Positions 1 to 10,950 of a DNA stretch of 64,000 nucleotides are shown one piece after another (position 1 is the stretch's first letter; every line of letters starts with the position of its first letter). A program made the position numbers and the translations under genes. This stretch comes from Candidatus Hydrogenedens sp. GTDB lineage: Bacteria; Hydrogenedentota; Hydrogenedentia; Hydrogenedentales; Hydrogenedentaceae. The stretch covers positions 64,001 to 128,000 of the forward strand of contig JBMFRC010000007.1 in NCBI GenBank assembly GCA_049968235.1, written 5' to 3'. Below the pieces are notes generated by a model. The model ran no database searches. It was not told where the DNA came from and worked only from the letters and a program-made list of their open reading frames with translations.

Positions 1-531
1 AGATAGGGATAAGGGAGGATGAATTAGAACAACCCATATATCAGAAATAGGAATTAATGCGTTTATATTTTCTCCTTTGCCAGTAACTGATTGGGTTCCC
101 CCTTTAAAAAAATAAGGGACATCAGAACCCAATCCTTTTGCAATATCCATTAAATTGCTCTCACTTAATCCTAAATTCCACAATTTATTTACTGCATATA
201 AAGTGCCTGCGGAATTAGCAGAACCTCCACCTAACCCCGCACATATAGGGATATGCTTTTGAATATGGACATGTATCCCTTTTTCTATTCCTGTAATATC
301 TTTTACTTTTTCTACTGTCTTATAAACAATATTTCGGTCATCCGTAGGCAATAATGTATCATTTGTTGTAACACAAACACCCCGGGGCATTTCAAAAAAA
401 GTAAGGGTATCCGATAAAGTTACCGTTTGAAAAATAGATTCAATTTTATGGAAACCATCGGGATATTTACCTATCACATCAAGATAAAGATTTATCTTCG
501 CATTTGTCCTTACTTTCATTAATGCAGGCAT
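1..531 (-). CDS. ispE: 4-diphosphocytidyl-2-C-methyl-D-erythritol kinase (GHMP kinase), 3' end outside window
   Basis: Hand translation of minus strand from ATG (complement of 529-531): MPALMKVRTNAKINLYLDVIGKYPDGFHKIESIFQTVTLSDTL...ICAGLGGGSANSAGTLYAVNKLW; N-terminal AKINLxLxV and GHMP glycine-rich loop typical of IspE. Not in ORF track because open-ended. Confidence 0.75.
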   Translation of the reverse strand, partial: MPALMKVRTNAKINLYLDVIGKYPDGFHKIESIFQTVTLSDTLTFFEMPRGVCVTTNDTLLPTDDRNIVYKTVEKVKDITGIEKGIHVHIQKHIPICAGLGGGSANSAGTLYAVNKLWNLGLSESNLMDIAKGLGSDVPYFFKGGTQSVTGKGENINALIPISDIWVVLIHPPLSLS

Positions 532-546
532 AAACAAATCCACTCC

Positions 547-2211
547 CTACATCTTTTTAGAGAACAATATAGAGATTATCAGATAGATAGCAAGAACCCC
601 TGCTACAGCGAATCCGATTGTACCTAAATTTTTAGTTGTCGATGACGTTGTTACTAAAAGACTTGAACCTACTATCAACGCTGAGGTTATCATACTTATT
701 GAAATGCGACTGCTTGATTTATCGAGGATATTTGCCAGTTTCTCTAAATATTCATGATGCACATGAAACTTCAATTCTCCAGATACTATTTGAGATGTAA
801 TATTCCGAATATCGTCAGGTAATTCGACAAAGAATTTCCAGAGTGAACTCAATTGCTGATTAATTTCACGAGAAAGGTTAGGAAGTTCATATTTTGACAA
901 GATAAACCGTTCAAAATAAGGCTGTATAATAGCGACAAAATCAATTTCCGAATCTAATTGTCTTCCAACACTTTCTATAGTTGCCAATGCTTTAAGTAAA
1001 AGGGTAAAACGAGATTCCAACTCCAAGCCGTGATTTCTTAATATTTCAATTGCCCTTTCAATTCCTTTTCCAACCTGTCCCGTGCTGATAATTAAATATG
1101 CCTCAAACGCAAGGAAATCGGAAATTTCGTTTTCAAGAGATTTTATTTCCTTAAAATCTGGCCGAGAACATAATGCCAATACTGCCTGAGTACATTGTTT
1201 TACATTTTGATGAAAAATGGACATAAGCAAATTAGTTATCAACATTACATCCTGATCATCCAGACTTCCCGCCATTCCCAAATCCAAAAACGCAATCTGA
1301 TTGTTATAAGTAATAAAAATGTTGCCGGGATGCGGGTCAGCGTGAAATAGTTTATCTTCACATATCATTTTACAAAGAATTTCACATCCCAGACGGGCAA
1401 TCGTTTTTCGGTCACAATTCCGAGATTCATATTGCTCAAATTGGTCAATTCGAACCCCATCTACCCATTCCATCGTCAGAATTTCCGGTGTTGTATATGC
1501 TTTAAACACTTTAGGGATAAGAACATTTTTTTGATTTATCATATTTTTACGAAACATTTGTATAACACGTGCCTCAATCAAGAAATTCAATTCTCTTCGT
1601 ATGGAACGAGCAAACTCATTAACAATACCTGAAGGTCTTAAAAAGGCGATATCCGGATGTCCTTCCAACCATAAAGCAATAGTTTTCATCAGTTCAATAT
1701 CGGAGGCAATAACCCGATCAATACCTGCCCTTTTTACCTTGACAGCAACGATTGTCCCATCTTTTAATATTGCTTTGTGAACTTGACTTAGTGAACCTGC
1801 AGCTACTGGATTACTATCAAAATTCGGATATATCTCATTTATGGGTTTATTGAAAGCACTTTCTATCGTTTTTAAAATCTCTTCATAAGGTAAAGGAGCC
1901 ACATGATCTTGCAATAAACTTAACTCTTGAGCAATAGATGACCCAACAAGGTCTGGACGGGTACTGAGTATTTGTCCCATCTTTACAAAAGTTGGACCCA
2001 GTTCTGTTAACACCCGTCTTAATCGTTCACCCCATGTTAATTCAATATCGGGGAAACCATCTTTAATTTGTCGGTACAAAGACCATGGAAGTCGTTGAAG
2101 TAAACCCAATCGTGATAGAAGGTCATAAAATCCATACTTTGCAAATACCTGAAATATCTCAAACAATCGAACTGTGTTCGTTGCTTGTCTTTGCCAGCGG
2201 GTGTATATCAC
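547..2211 (-). CDS. ubiB: UbiB/ABC1-family atypical protein kinase
   Basis: 554 aa; LGPTFVKMGQILSTRPDLV, AAGSLSQVHKA, HADPHPGNI motifs of ABC1/UbiB family; C-terminal TM helices. Confidence 0.85.
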   Translation of the reverse strand: MIYTRWQRQATNTVRLFEIFQVFAKYGFYDLLSRLGLLQRLPWSLYRQIKDGFPDIELTWGERLRRVLTELGPTFVKMGQILSTRPDLVGSSIAQELSLLQDHVAPLPYEEILKTIESAFNKPINEIYPNFDSNPVAAGSLSQVHKAILKDGTIVAVKVKRAGIDRVIASDIELMKTIALWLEGHPDIAFLRPSGIVNEFARSIRRELNFLIEARVIQMFRKNMINQKNVLIPKVFKAYTTPEILTMEWVDGVRIDQFEQYESRNCDRKTIARLGCEILCKMICEDKLFHADPHPGNIFITYNNQIAFLDLGMAGSLDDQDVMLITNLLMSIFHQNVKQCTQAVLALCSRPDFKEIKSLENEISDFLAFEAYLIISTGQVGKGIERAIEILRNHGLELESRFTLLLKALATIESVGRQLDSEIDFVAIIQPYFERFILSKYELPNLSREINQQLSSLWKFFVELPDDIRNITSQIVSGELKFHVHHEYLEKLANILDKSSSRISISMITSALIVGSSLLVTTSSTTKNLGTIGFAVAGVLAIYLIISILFSKKM

Positions 2212-2285
2212 AAAACCCCTTTTCTATGTTTAGTCAAAAATTTTCATTTGTAATATTTTATTACAAACAAAAAGATATTTAAACA

Positions 2286-4469
2286 TTAATCTACAATTAA
2301 TTCAACTCTTTCGGGCGTAGATTTAATTGAAATACTAACTATATTACTGGATAGTTTTACACTTTTAAGGGACTTCCCATCAATTAAAACCCTGTTTATT
2401 TTATACGATTCAGGTTTATAAATATATAAAGTTGCGGGAGATGTTATTGTCTCTTTAAATAAAACTTCTAATTTCTTTTCCTCATTTATCCATCGAGTAG
2501 AATTAATAAACTCCATCCCACACTGGTCTGCTGTTTTTACTCCAACTACGGATGGAATATCTGTCTTAACTATTAAACCAATATATTTTTCCTCCGGGTT
2601 ACCTTGAATAGTTTCACTATCCTCTATAAATTTCTCTCTTGCATAATCCCAGAAGAGGGCTTCATTATTTATGCTTTTCAATAATGACGCAGAGAAAGGT
2701 TCTACATTTTTTATAATATAAATAAGGGAATTATTAAAACTATCTTGAGTTGCATAACTCCGATAGTACCACACTGACGGCTGTTTTTTATTTGTATCAA
2801 AAGGTGTAAACATTACCTTTGTTTTAATGGTTAATTGAAGCATTTTCTTTGCAACATCTGAATTATTAAAATCACCTAACCACACTGCGGGTCCTGGGAA
2901 TGACTGAAGGAAAGTATTTGTCAAAAAGTTTTGAGTATTTACTAACTGATTGTTTATTTTTACAGGACTAATCCCTGTATTAAAACTTGATAAAGTTCCG
3001 CTAATTGCACAAAATGCAGTTAATTCTTGTTCCGAATTTATGATTACCTCAGAGGACTTTGGATATACTGGAATATTGCTGAAATAGTTGGAGAGTTCCT
3101 TTAACCCTTGAAACATTGCCTCTGTATAAGTTGCATGAATCTGTTCTAAAACTGTATCCGGGACAGAAATATCACAAACGATAAAGTCGGGATTCCATGA
3201 CAAAATTTTCTCCCACCGTTTCTTTGCTACTTCTAATCCATTTGGTGTATTAAATCTAACAAAAGCATACTCATCGGACACAGGTACTGAAAATTCACTT
3301 CCCACTGGAACTACCCATGGATTTAAAGACAAACCTACTTTCAATGCACTATGATTTTTCAATTGCTCAATTATAGGTTTCATATCTTTTGATAAGGTTT
3401 TTGTATTTCCCTTCAAAGACCCTAAAGGTTGTTCCCAGCCATTTGGAATGAGTATAGCATTTATACCGACACTGCTTGAAAAACTGGCAATTTTTGAGAG
3501 ATTCCCCAAGTTTACCTTCCCCGGGTCAACAGAAATCCAACCCCGAACAGGCTTTTCTATTACCATCTTAGAATAGGTCGGAGAAAGAGAGGAAAGAGCC
3601 CATATAAAGGTAGTATGAAGTTTATAAGCATCATTACTAAAGGAAACAAGTACTGGGTCACTTTCGATGGTTTCTCCAGCTGCAATTGTCAAAGAAGGTA
3701 AATATTCACATTCAACTGCCCCTGTCCAGTTATCACCGTCCCCTTCCGTAAATATCTTAGAATGAGATTTTCCTTGAGGACAGACTGCAAAAACAATTTT
3801 CTGACCTTTATTCGTAGTAAGTTCTAATATTTGGGATTCTTCTTCTGAGGTATAAGCCCAGTATCCGTTAATATTACCTACAGGTCTCCGTATTTTTTCA
3901 TTAGGAAGTCGTGTAATTAATCCTGCTACTGGAGGAAACACAAAAGGTTTAATCTTAGCAATAGTGATAGGGCTTGTTCCATTATTGGTTATAAGTGTAC
4001 TAAAAAGTACAAAACTACACTGCTTAAAACTGGTAACACGCTGTTGGATTAAAATATCATTTTTTATAGGGAATATAGCGGTAAAATGCGTAGCAGGACC
4101 AAAAACACTATCCACTGCTACTCGGTCCGTAAATGCATTACCCAATGACTCTGCGGAAATTTCTTCACCCGTTTTTAATTGTATCGAAGGACCATAACCT
4201 TCGATAATAGTCATCTCCGAATAATTATCGGGTACGGTATAAAAAATATGCCAATCTCCATTCATCTCATCAAAATCAATCCCCATATTTTCCCATGAAA
4301 AAGTATATCTATGGCGTAAAACCCAGGGAGATGAACGAGGTTGAGGCACTTCATCTTCAACTTTTTTCTTCTTTTTTGCCGCTGACCAGCCATCAATAGA
4401 AAGCAAAGCAATAAAAGTTAACAGGAGGAGAAAAATAACATAACGATTGGTTTTCTTTTTTACAAACAT
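2286..4469 (-). CDS. hypothetical secreted protein (727 aa), possible carbohydrate-active enzyme
   Basis: N-terminal signal peptide (MFVKKKTNRYVIFLLLLTFIALLSIDGWSA) followed by lysine run; no motif I can name confidently. Confidence 0.5.
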   Translation of the reverse strand: MFVKKKTNRYVIFLLLLTFIALLSIDGWSAAKKKKKVEDEVPQPRSSPWVLRHRYTFSWENMGIDFDEMNGDWHIFYTVPDNYSEMTIIEGYGPSIQLKTGEEISAESLGNAFTDRVAVDSVFGPATHFTAIFPIKNDILIQQRVTSFKQCSFVLFSTLITNNGTSPITIAKIKPFVFPPVAGLITRLPNEKIRRPVGNINGYWAYTSEEESQILELTTNKGQKIVFAVCPQGKSHSKIFTEGDGDNWTGAVECEYLPSLTIAAGETIESDPVLVSFSNDAYKLHTTFIWALSSLSPTYSKMVIEKPVRGWISVDPGKVNLGNLSKIASFSSSVGINAILIPNGWEQPLGSLKGNTKTLSKDMKPIIEQLKNHSALKVGLSLNPWVVPVGSEFSVPVSDEYAFVRFNTPNGLEVAKKRWEKILSWNPDFIVCDISVPDTVLEQIHATYTEAMFQGLKELSNYFSNIPVYPKSSEVIINSEQELTAFCAISGTLSSFNTGISPVKINNQLVNTQNFLTNTFLQSFPGPAVWLGDFNNSDVAKKMLQLTIKTKVMFTPFDTNKKQPSVWYYRSYATQDSFNNSLIYIIKNVEPFSASLLKSINNEALFWDYAREKFIEDSETIQGNPEEKYIGLIVKTDIPSVVGVKTADQCGMEFINSTRWINEEKKLEVLFKETITSPATLYIYKPESYKINRVLIDGKSLKSVKLSSNIVSISIKSTPERVELIVD

Positions 4470-4589
4470 AAAATTCCTTTCATGTATATTTTGGTATAAA
4501 CTATTACAATTAACGAAACAAATACCTACAACTATTCAAACACACCACTTATTCCTGATTTGTCATAATAAGTAACAATCATTCCCGTT

Positions 4590-5648
4590 GTGTTAAAATA
4601 CTTGGTAATATTATGGGATTTTTTTATGAGTTTTGGAAAGTTTATATTAAACTATAGAACCATGTCAATTCTGTGTAGACAACTTGCATCCGCTTATGAA
4701 GGAGGTATTCCTATTATTCAAGCACTACAAATTGTTGGAGATAATTTTCCATCTCGAAAGGTAAAAACGATTTTATACCATTGTGCAGATGACCTTATTC
4801 GTGGGGCAACGCTCAGTGAAGCATTATATCAGGTAGAAGTATTTCCTGATTTATTTGTGCAACTTGTATCTGCTGGTGAAAAATCCGGCAGGCTGGATAC
4901 AATACTAAGAGATTTAAGTTCGTATTACGAAGACTTGTGGAAAATGAAACGATCCACAATTGCTTCTTTAATATATCCGGCAACTCAACTGATTTTAGGT
5001 TGGTTTTTAGGTAGTTTTGCATTAGGAATCGTTCGTCATATTGGATTAGAAAAAACCTTTTCATTGCATACTTATTTTGCATCTTATATTTCATTTCAAA
5101 TTAAAGTAATTATCATTGTTATAGCCCTGATAACCATACTCATATTTTTGAAAAACTTAAAAGGTTTTCAGTCCATTTTATATAAAATATTCAGATATAT
5201 CTATCCATTCAGTTTTATAATTCACAAATTTTCATTAGCCCGTTTTTTCAAATCACTGGCATTACTTTATTCAAGTGGTATCCCTATTACAGAAGCCTTA
5301 CAGCAATCTTCTGAACTTTTACCTTCTTCAGATTATCAAAAGGATATACTTACAGTGGTTCACCTTATTCGAAATGGAAGTAATCTTGAAAAGTCATTTA
5401 AAACACTTCCATGGATAGGTCGATTAGGACAAGAAATGATAGCAGTAGGGGAACAATCCGGAAAACTGGATGAAACATTACAAAAAGTGGCAGAATTTTT
5501 TCTACTGGATGCACAGCAAGCACTTCAAGTTGCAAGCAAAATCTTTAACATATTAATCTTATTGGCTGTCGGAGCCATAATTGGATTTATTGTAATAAGT
5601 TTTTATACTCAACTTTATGGAAACATGTTTCAACAATTAGGAATATAA
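4590..5648 (+). CDS. type II secretion / type IV pilus platform protein F family (GspF/PilC-like), N-terminally short
   Basis: Two T2SSF repeats: LVSAGEKSGRLDTIL and AVGEQSGKLDETLQKV, 3 TM segments. Track start at 4590 is a GTG; the first ATG is 4626 (MSFGKF...). Confidence 0.75.
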   Translation: MLKYLVILWDFFMSFGKFILNYRTMSILCRQLASAYEGGIPIIQALQIVGDNFPSRKVKTILYHCADDLIRGATLSEALYQVEVFPDLFVQLVSAGEKSGRLDTILRDLSSYYEDLWKMKRSTIASLIYPATQLILGWFLGSFALGIVRHIGLEKTFSLHTYFASYISFQIKVIIIVIALITILIFLKNLKGFQSILYKIFRYIYPFSFIIHKFSLARFFKSLALLYSSGIPITEALQQSSELLPSSDYQKDILTVVHLIRNGSNLEKSFKTLPWIGRLGQEMIAVGEQSGKLDETLQKVAEFFLLDAQQALQVASKIFNILILLAVGAIIGFIVISFYTQLYGNMFQQLGI

Positions 5649-5672
5649 ATATAAAAGGAAATGGTATAAAGT

Positions 5673-6194
5673 ATGGCTGAGATGATATACAAAGATGACC
5701 TTCCCCCCGAAGAACCTAAAGATTGGACAAAATATATCTGGGGTGGAATAATTCTTCTTTTCGTCATTATGGTTGTGGTTATCTGGATGGCAGGACATAT
5801 AAAGCCTCGAATTTCGTATGTCCGCGCAAAGCATATACTCATTAAATTTTCTCCTAATGACCCCGCTGACCGACAAAGGGCTTTAGAATTTATAACGGAA
5901 TTAAGACAGCGTATTGCTCAGGGTGAAGCGTTTGAAAAACTTGCCAAAGAGTATTCAAACGACCCGGCAAGTGCAAGACGTGGTGGTGATTTAGGATATT
6001 ATGGGAAAAATTCCTTTGAACCTGCTTTTGAAAGTTATGTCTGGTCAGCACCCATTGGACAATTAAGCGATATAATTGAAACGAAGTTTGGTTTTCATAT
6101 CATCATTGTAACTGATAGGCACTTAACAGAAGTAGACCGTTATGAATTGGAGTTAGATGAAAAAGCACGCAAAAGCCTCGAAAAAAACAAATAG
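5673..6194 (+). CDS. parvulin-type peptidyl-prolyl cis-trans isomerase, membrane anchored
   Basis: N-terminal TM helix then PpiC rotamase domain (HILIKF...GGDLGYYGKNSFEPAFESYVW...GFHIIIVTD). Confidence 0.85.
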   Translation: MAEMIYKDDLPPEEPKDWTKYIWGGIILLFVIMVVVIWMAGHIKPRISYVRAKHILIKFSPNDPADRQRALEFITELRQRIAQGEAFEKLAKEYSNDPASARRGGDLGYYGKNSFEPAFESYVWSAPIGQLSDIIETKFGFHIIIVTDRHLTEVDRYELELDEKARKSLEKNK

Positions 6195-6238
6195 ATAAAA
6201 CAAACAGCAAAAATATATCCCAAAAGAGAAAGGAAAAT

Positions 6239-7432
6239 ATGATGTTAGAAAAATTTGAAATGGCACCTCCAGACCCCATTCTTGGATTAACAGAAGCATA
6301 CCTCAAAGATAGCAATCCTAACAAAATAAACCTGGGTGTGGGACTTTACAAAGATAATTCTAACAAAACTCCCATTTTTTATACGGTAAAAAAGGCAGAA
6401 AAATTTTTATTAGAAAAAGAACAGACAAAAAGTTATCTCCCTATCTCAGGCTCCCCTGAATTTTGTGAACATGTTCAGAACCTGGTCTTGGGAAAGAATA
6501 ATCCCTGTATATCGGATAAAAGAGTAGCAACGGTTCAGACCGTAGGCGGAACATCCGCTTTACGGGTTTTTGCGGATTTAATAAAAAAGAACATCGGAAG
6601 CAAAAAAATATGGATAAGTGATCCAACATGGGAAAATCATGCAAAAATATTTCAATTAGCAGGATTTGAAACCGCTACTTATCCTTACTATAACGCCCGT
6701 ACTCACGACCTTGACTGGGATAAAATGCTTTCTACCTTAGAGACTATTTCACAAGGCGATATTATTTTATTGCATGGTTGTTGTCATAATCCCACAGGAA
6801 TAGATTTAACCGAAGAACAGTGGAATACCGTTGCTAATGTGATAATGAAGAGAGGAATTCTTCCTTTGATTGATTTTGCATATCAAGGACTAGGAGATGG
6901 ATTAGAAGAAGATGCAAAAGGAGTTCGAATTATTACTAATAAAGTTCCCGAAGTTTTCATTTGTAGTTCCTTTTCCAAAAATTTCGGTCTGTATAATGAA
7001 CGATGTGGGGCATTAATAAATGTTTGTGCTGATAAAGAAATCTGCCAAAAAGTTCTAAGTCAGATGAAAGTAATTATTCGAACCAATTATTCTAATCCTC
7101 CTGCACACGGCGCTTATATTGTACATACAATTTTAAGTTCTCCGGAACTTCGCAGTGAATGGGAAAAAGAAGTTCAGGAAATGTGCAGTCGTATAAAAAA
7201 CATGCGGAAATTGTTCGTTGAAAAATTAAAAGAACTAGGAGTTAATCAGGACTTTGGTTTTATTGAAAAGCAAAAAGGAATGTTCTCCTTTTCGGGTTTA
7301 ACAAAAGAACAAGTTCTTCGACTGAGAGAAGAATTCTCCATATACATCGTTAACTCCGGTAGAATTAATGTCGCCGGAATTACAACCAGTAATATAGACC
7401 GCTTAGCGGAAGCCATCAGCAAAGTTTTATAA
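6239..7432 (+). CDS. aspC: aspartate/aromatic amino acid aminotransferase (class I)
   Basis: APPDPILGL, KINLGVGLYKD, SSFSKNFGLYNERCGAL closely parallel the E. coli AspC/TyrB signature. Confidence 0.9.
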   Translation: MMLEKFEMAPPDPILGLTEAYLKDSNPNKINLGVGLYKDNSNKTPIFYTVKKAEKFLLEKEQTKSYLPISGSPEFCEHVQNLVLGKNNPCISDKRVATVQTVGGTSALRVFADLIKKNIGSKKIWISDPTWENHAKIFQLAGFETATYPYYNARTHDLDWDKMLSTLETISQGDIILLHGCCHNPTGIDLTEEQWNTVANVIMKRGILPLIDFAYQGLGDGLEEDAKGVRIITNKVPEVFICSSFSKNFGLYNERCGALINVCADKEICQKVLSQMKVIIRTNYSNPPAHGAYIVHTILSSPELRSEWEKEVQEMCSRIKNMRKLFVEKLKELGVNQDFGFIEKQKGMFSFSGLTKEQVLRLREEFSIYIVNSGRINVAGITTSNIDRLAEAISKVL

Positions 7433-7446
7433 AAGAGCAACTATTA

Positions 7447-8094
7447 TCAGGAAGCGTTTTGGGCAAGGATATAAAGGTAGATACATATAAAATGAGTTAA
7501 ACTTCCTCCCATAACAAATAAATGCCATATCACATGATGAAAAGGTAATCGTTCCCACAAATAGAAAATAGTTCCTCCTGTATATAAGATACCCCCAATA
7601 AGCATAAGTAATAAAGCACCGGGGGGTATCATCTGAATAGCAGGTTTAATGGCAATGATGGCTATCCAACCCATAAGTATATAAATAAAAGTAGACAGAT
7701 GGTGCCATTTTCCTATAAAGAAAATTTTAAATATAAATCCTAACAAGGTAAGTATCCAGAGGGAAGCAAAAAGTGACCAACCCCACGGTCCACGCATATA
7801 TACCAACAGAAATGGGGTATAAGTACCTGCAATTAATACATAAATACAGGCATGGTCCATAAATTGAAAAAATCCTTTTATCCTTCCCGGTGGAAAAGAA
7901 TGATACAAAGTAGAACTCAAATATAACAGGATTAAAGCAATACCAAAAGTAATAACACCGGCAAGAGTCCACGGTTCTTCTTTCTGTACTGATAATATTA
8001 ACATTACCACAAAACCTGCTATACTTAATCCGGCAGCAAGTCCATGAGTAATGGCGTGGAATACTTCTTCAGTAGTTGTATATAATTTTTTCAT
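7447..8094 (-). CDS. hemolysin III / PAQR family membrane protein
   Basis: EEVFHAITHGLAAGLSIAGFVV N-terminus and 7 TM helices typical of the Hly-III family. Confidence 0.85.
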   Translation of the reverse strand: MKKLYTTTEEVFHAITHGLAAGLSIAGFVVMLILSVQKEEPWTLAGVITFGIALILLYLSSTLYHSFPPGRIKGFFQFMDHACIYVLIAGTYTPFLLVYMRGPWGWSLFASLWILTLLGFIFKIFFIGKWHHLSTFIYILMGWIAIIAIKPAIQMIPPGALLLMLIGGILYTGGTIFYLWERLPFHHVIWHLFVMGGSLTHFICIYLYILAQNAS

Positions 8095-8133
8095 GATTTA
8101 TACCCCTTCAATAATTTCATTTTATAAGGAAAT

Positions 8134-8949
8134 TTGATTATGCAAGTTATTATTCAGCCAACTTCAAATGACGCTGTTGAACTTGTTGCTTATATTATCG
8201 CAGAAAAACTAAGGAAAAAGCCACATTTAGTGCTGGGACTTGCCACAGGTAGAACTATGGTTCCTTTATATCAACGTTTAATAAAAATGCATAAACAGGA
8301 AAATCTTGATTTTTCACTCGCAGTAACCTTCAATTTAGACGAATACATTGGAATACCACCAGAGCATCCAGGATCTTATCATTATTTTATGTATAACACT
8401 TTCTTTCGCCATATAAACATTGATTTACGCAATACACATATTCCGAACGGTATGGCAGAAGATATAGAAAAAGAATGCAAAGAATACGAGGAAAAGATAA
8501 AAGACTTCGGAGGTATAGATTTACAATTATTAAGTATTGGAGAGTCAGGACATATTGGATTTAATGAACCTTTATCTTCTATGTTTTCAAGAACACGCGA
8601 AAAGGCATTATCCCCAATAACTATTGAGCAAAACAAACATCTATTCCCTAATCCAGAGGAAATACCTAAAAGAGCCATAACTATGGGAGTAGGAACCATC
8701 CTCGAAGCAAGCGAATGTTTAGTTCTGGTAACAGGGAAACATAAAAGTAAAATACTTGCAAAATCCGTTGAAGGGCCCTTTACTGCTATGATTTCTGCAA
8801 CGGCACTACAATTACATCCTGATTGTATTTTTGTAGCAGATGAAGAAGCAGGTTCTAACTTAAAACAAAAAGAATATTACCGCTGGATTTTTGAAAATGA
8901 ACCGGAATGGGAATTCTTCCGACAAAAAATGAAAAATAGGGAAAAATAA
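8134..8949 (+). CDS. nagB: glucosamine-6-phosphate deaminase
   Basis: LGLATGRTMVPLY, FNLDEYIGIPPEHPGSYHYFM, GIDLQLLSIGESGHIGFNEP are canonical NagB motifs. Confidence 0.9.
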   Translation: MIMQVIIQPTSNDAVELVAYIIAEKLRKKPHLVLGLATGRTMVPLYQRLIKMHKQENLDFSLAVTFNLDEYIGIPPEHPGSYHYFMYNTFFRHINIDLRNTHIPNGMAEDIEKECKEYEEKIKDFGGIDLQLLSIGESGHIGFNEPLSSMFSRTREKALSPITIEQNKHLFPNPEEIPKRAITMGVGTILEASECLVLVTGKHKSKILAKSVEGPFTAMISATALQLHPDCIFVADEEAGSNLKQKEYYRWIFENEPEWEFFRQKMKNREK

Positions 8950-8952
8950 TTT

Positions 8953-9750
8953 TTATCGTGAAGAATGCTCCTTTTCTTTCATAATATCATCCAGAATCAA
9001 TAATCGTTCAAACCAAATCATCAACATGGTACATAAGTATCTTCTTCCCATTTCACGAAGTTTCAGTTTGGACTGTCCCCATGTTCTTCCATACCATGCA
9101 ATTGGAATTTCCGCAATCTTATATCGACGAATCAACGCAGATAATGACATTTCTATGGTTATATTAAAATGAGCCGATTGTAAAGGACTAATTCCATCTA
9201 TAACATGACGACGATACACCTTGAATGCATTGGTTAAATCATTAAAACGGGTTAAAAAAAGTATCTGTAAAAATTTATTAACAATTCGATTCGCAATTAG
9301 TTTCCCTTTAGGGTAATGAGTAACAACACTTTCTCTCCGGAAACGAGAACCAAATACACAGTCATATCCTTCCTCAATCTTTCGATAACATCGAACAATA
9401 TCCTTCGGGTCATCGGAACGGTCTGCCATTACAATTGCAATTACATCTCCTTTTACATTTTTCAATCCAGTTCGAATTGCACGACCTAAACCACTGGGTA
9501 AAGGATTATCCACAGGGACAATCTCGGGATGTTGTTTACTCATTTCTTTTATTATCTGAAATGTATTGTCTGTACTATTATCGCTTACAATCACAATTTC
9601 AAAAGGAATATTTTCACTTCGCAATTCTTGAATCAGTTCTTCTACGGTAGTCGATATATTCTGTTCCTCGTTATGTGCAGGAATAATAATTGAGTATAGA
9701 AGGGAATTCTTCACCACCGGATATAAATCATATTCGGCCTTTGAGGCCAT
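8953..9750 (-). CDS. family 2 glycosyltransferase (polyprenyl-phosphate sugar transferase-like)
   Basis: IIIPAHNEE...[11 protein letters not shown]...DRSDDP: GT2 DxD-type fold; overlaps the next gene by 23 nt, consistent with an operon. Confidence 0.8.
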   Translation of the reverse strand: MASKAEYDLYPVVKNSLLYSIIIPAHNEEQNISTTVEELIQELRSENIPFEIVIVSDNSTDNTFQIIKEMSKQHPEIVPVDNPLPSGLGRAIRTGLKNVKGDVIAIVMADRSDDPKDIVRCYRKIEEGYDCVFGSRFRRESVVTHYPKGKLIANRIVNKFLQILFLTRFNDLTNAFKVYRRHVIDGISPLQSAHFNITIEMSLSALIRRYKIAEIPIAWYGRTWGQSKLKLREMGRRYLCTMLMIWFERLLILDDIMKEKEHSSR

Positions 9751-10789
9751 AATAAATCTCCTCTAATATCTTTTGTATATCGTATGTATACTTCCACTGT
9801 GGATAATGACTCTGAAACTTTCTCACATCACTAATCCACCAGATATGGTCACCTCTTCGGGGTTGGTCTAAATATATATAATTCATCTTCTTTCCTGTAA
9901 TTTTTTCACTCATCTTCATTGCTTCCAATAAAGAACAATTACTATGTCTACTCCCTCCAATATTATAAACCTCCGCGATACGAGGTGATTTATATACCTC
10001 CCAAAAGCATTCTACAAGGTCATTAGCATGGATATTATCCCGAACCTGTTTTCCTTTATACCCATATATTCTATATTCTCTACCTGTCATTGCACATTTC
10101 ATTAAATAAGCAAGAAAGCCATGCAATTCCGCTCCCGCATGTTGAGGACCGGTTAGACAGCCACCACGAAATATGGTCGTTTTCATCCCAAAATACCTGC
10201 CATATTCTTGTGTCATAACATCTGCAGAGACCTTCGATGCCCCGAAAATAGAATGCTGGCTCTGGTCAATACTCATAGTTTCATCAATTCCATATCTTGC
10301 CCAGGGATGGCTCGGCTCCACTTCCCAACGCGTCTCCTGTTCTACAAGGGGCAAAAAATTAGGAAGGTCTCCATACACTTTATTGGTGGAAGTAAAAATA
10401 AATACCGCATGCAGGGCATATTTTCGGGTTAATTCCAGCAAATTCAATGTTCCTAAAGCATTCACTCCAAAATCAGTAAATGGTTCCTTTGCTGCCCAAT
10501 CATGACTGGGTTGTGCAGCAGTATGTATAACTATAGATATATCTTTCTGATATTCGTTAAAAATCTTTTCTAGTTCACTATAGTCACGAATATCCACATT
10601 GTAATGATTATAATCAGGTATTTCTTCCTTTAGTTTTTCTACAGACCAGCGGGTACTTGCCTCTTCCCCAAAGAAATATGAACGAAAATCATTATCAATC
10701 CCAACTACTGTAAAATTCTCTTTTGCAAAACGCCGAACAGAAGCGGAACCTATCAATCCTCCCGAACCGGTTATAATTGCCACACTCAT
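9728..10789 (-). CDS. NAD-dependent sugar epimerase/dehydratase (SDR extended family)
   Basis: [13 protein letters not shown] Rossmann motif and a YxxxK region; nucleotide-sugar epimerase family. Forms an operon with the GT2 gene. Confidence 0.8.
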   Translation of the reverse strand: MSVAIITGSGGLIGSASVRRFAKENFTVVGIDNDFRSYFFGEEASTRWSVEKLKEEIPDYNHYNVDIRDYSELEKIFNEYQKDISIVIHTAAQPSHDWAAKEPFTDFGVNALGTLNLLELTRKYALHAVFIFTSTNKVYGDLPNFLPLVEQETRWEVEPSHPWARYGIDETMSIDQSQHSIFGASKVSADVMTQEYGRYFGMKTTIFRGGCLTGPQHAGAELHGFLAYLMKCAMTGREYRIYGYKGKQVRDNIHANDLVECFWEVYKSPRIAEVYNIGGSRHSNCSLLEAMKMSEKITGKKMNYIYLDQPRRGDHIWWISDVRKFQSHYPQWKYTYDIQKILEEIYYGLKGRI

Positions 10790-10950
10790 TTTATTTCCTT
10801 ATATGTTTTATTCTATCTATTCTGTGCAGTTAAGTTATATAAAGTTTTCATATTATAGAAGATATATAAGCAAAAGATAAAAATCATATAAATTCATAAA
10901 AATAGGTAATAATAAACACAATAGGAGTAATACAAATTTTTTATAAAAAA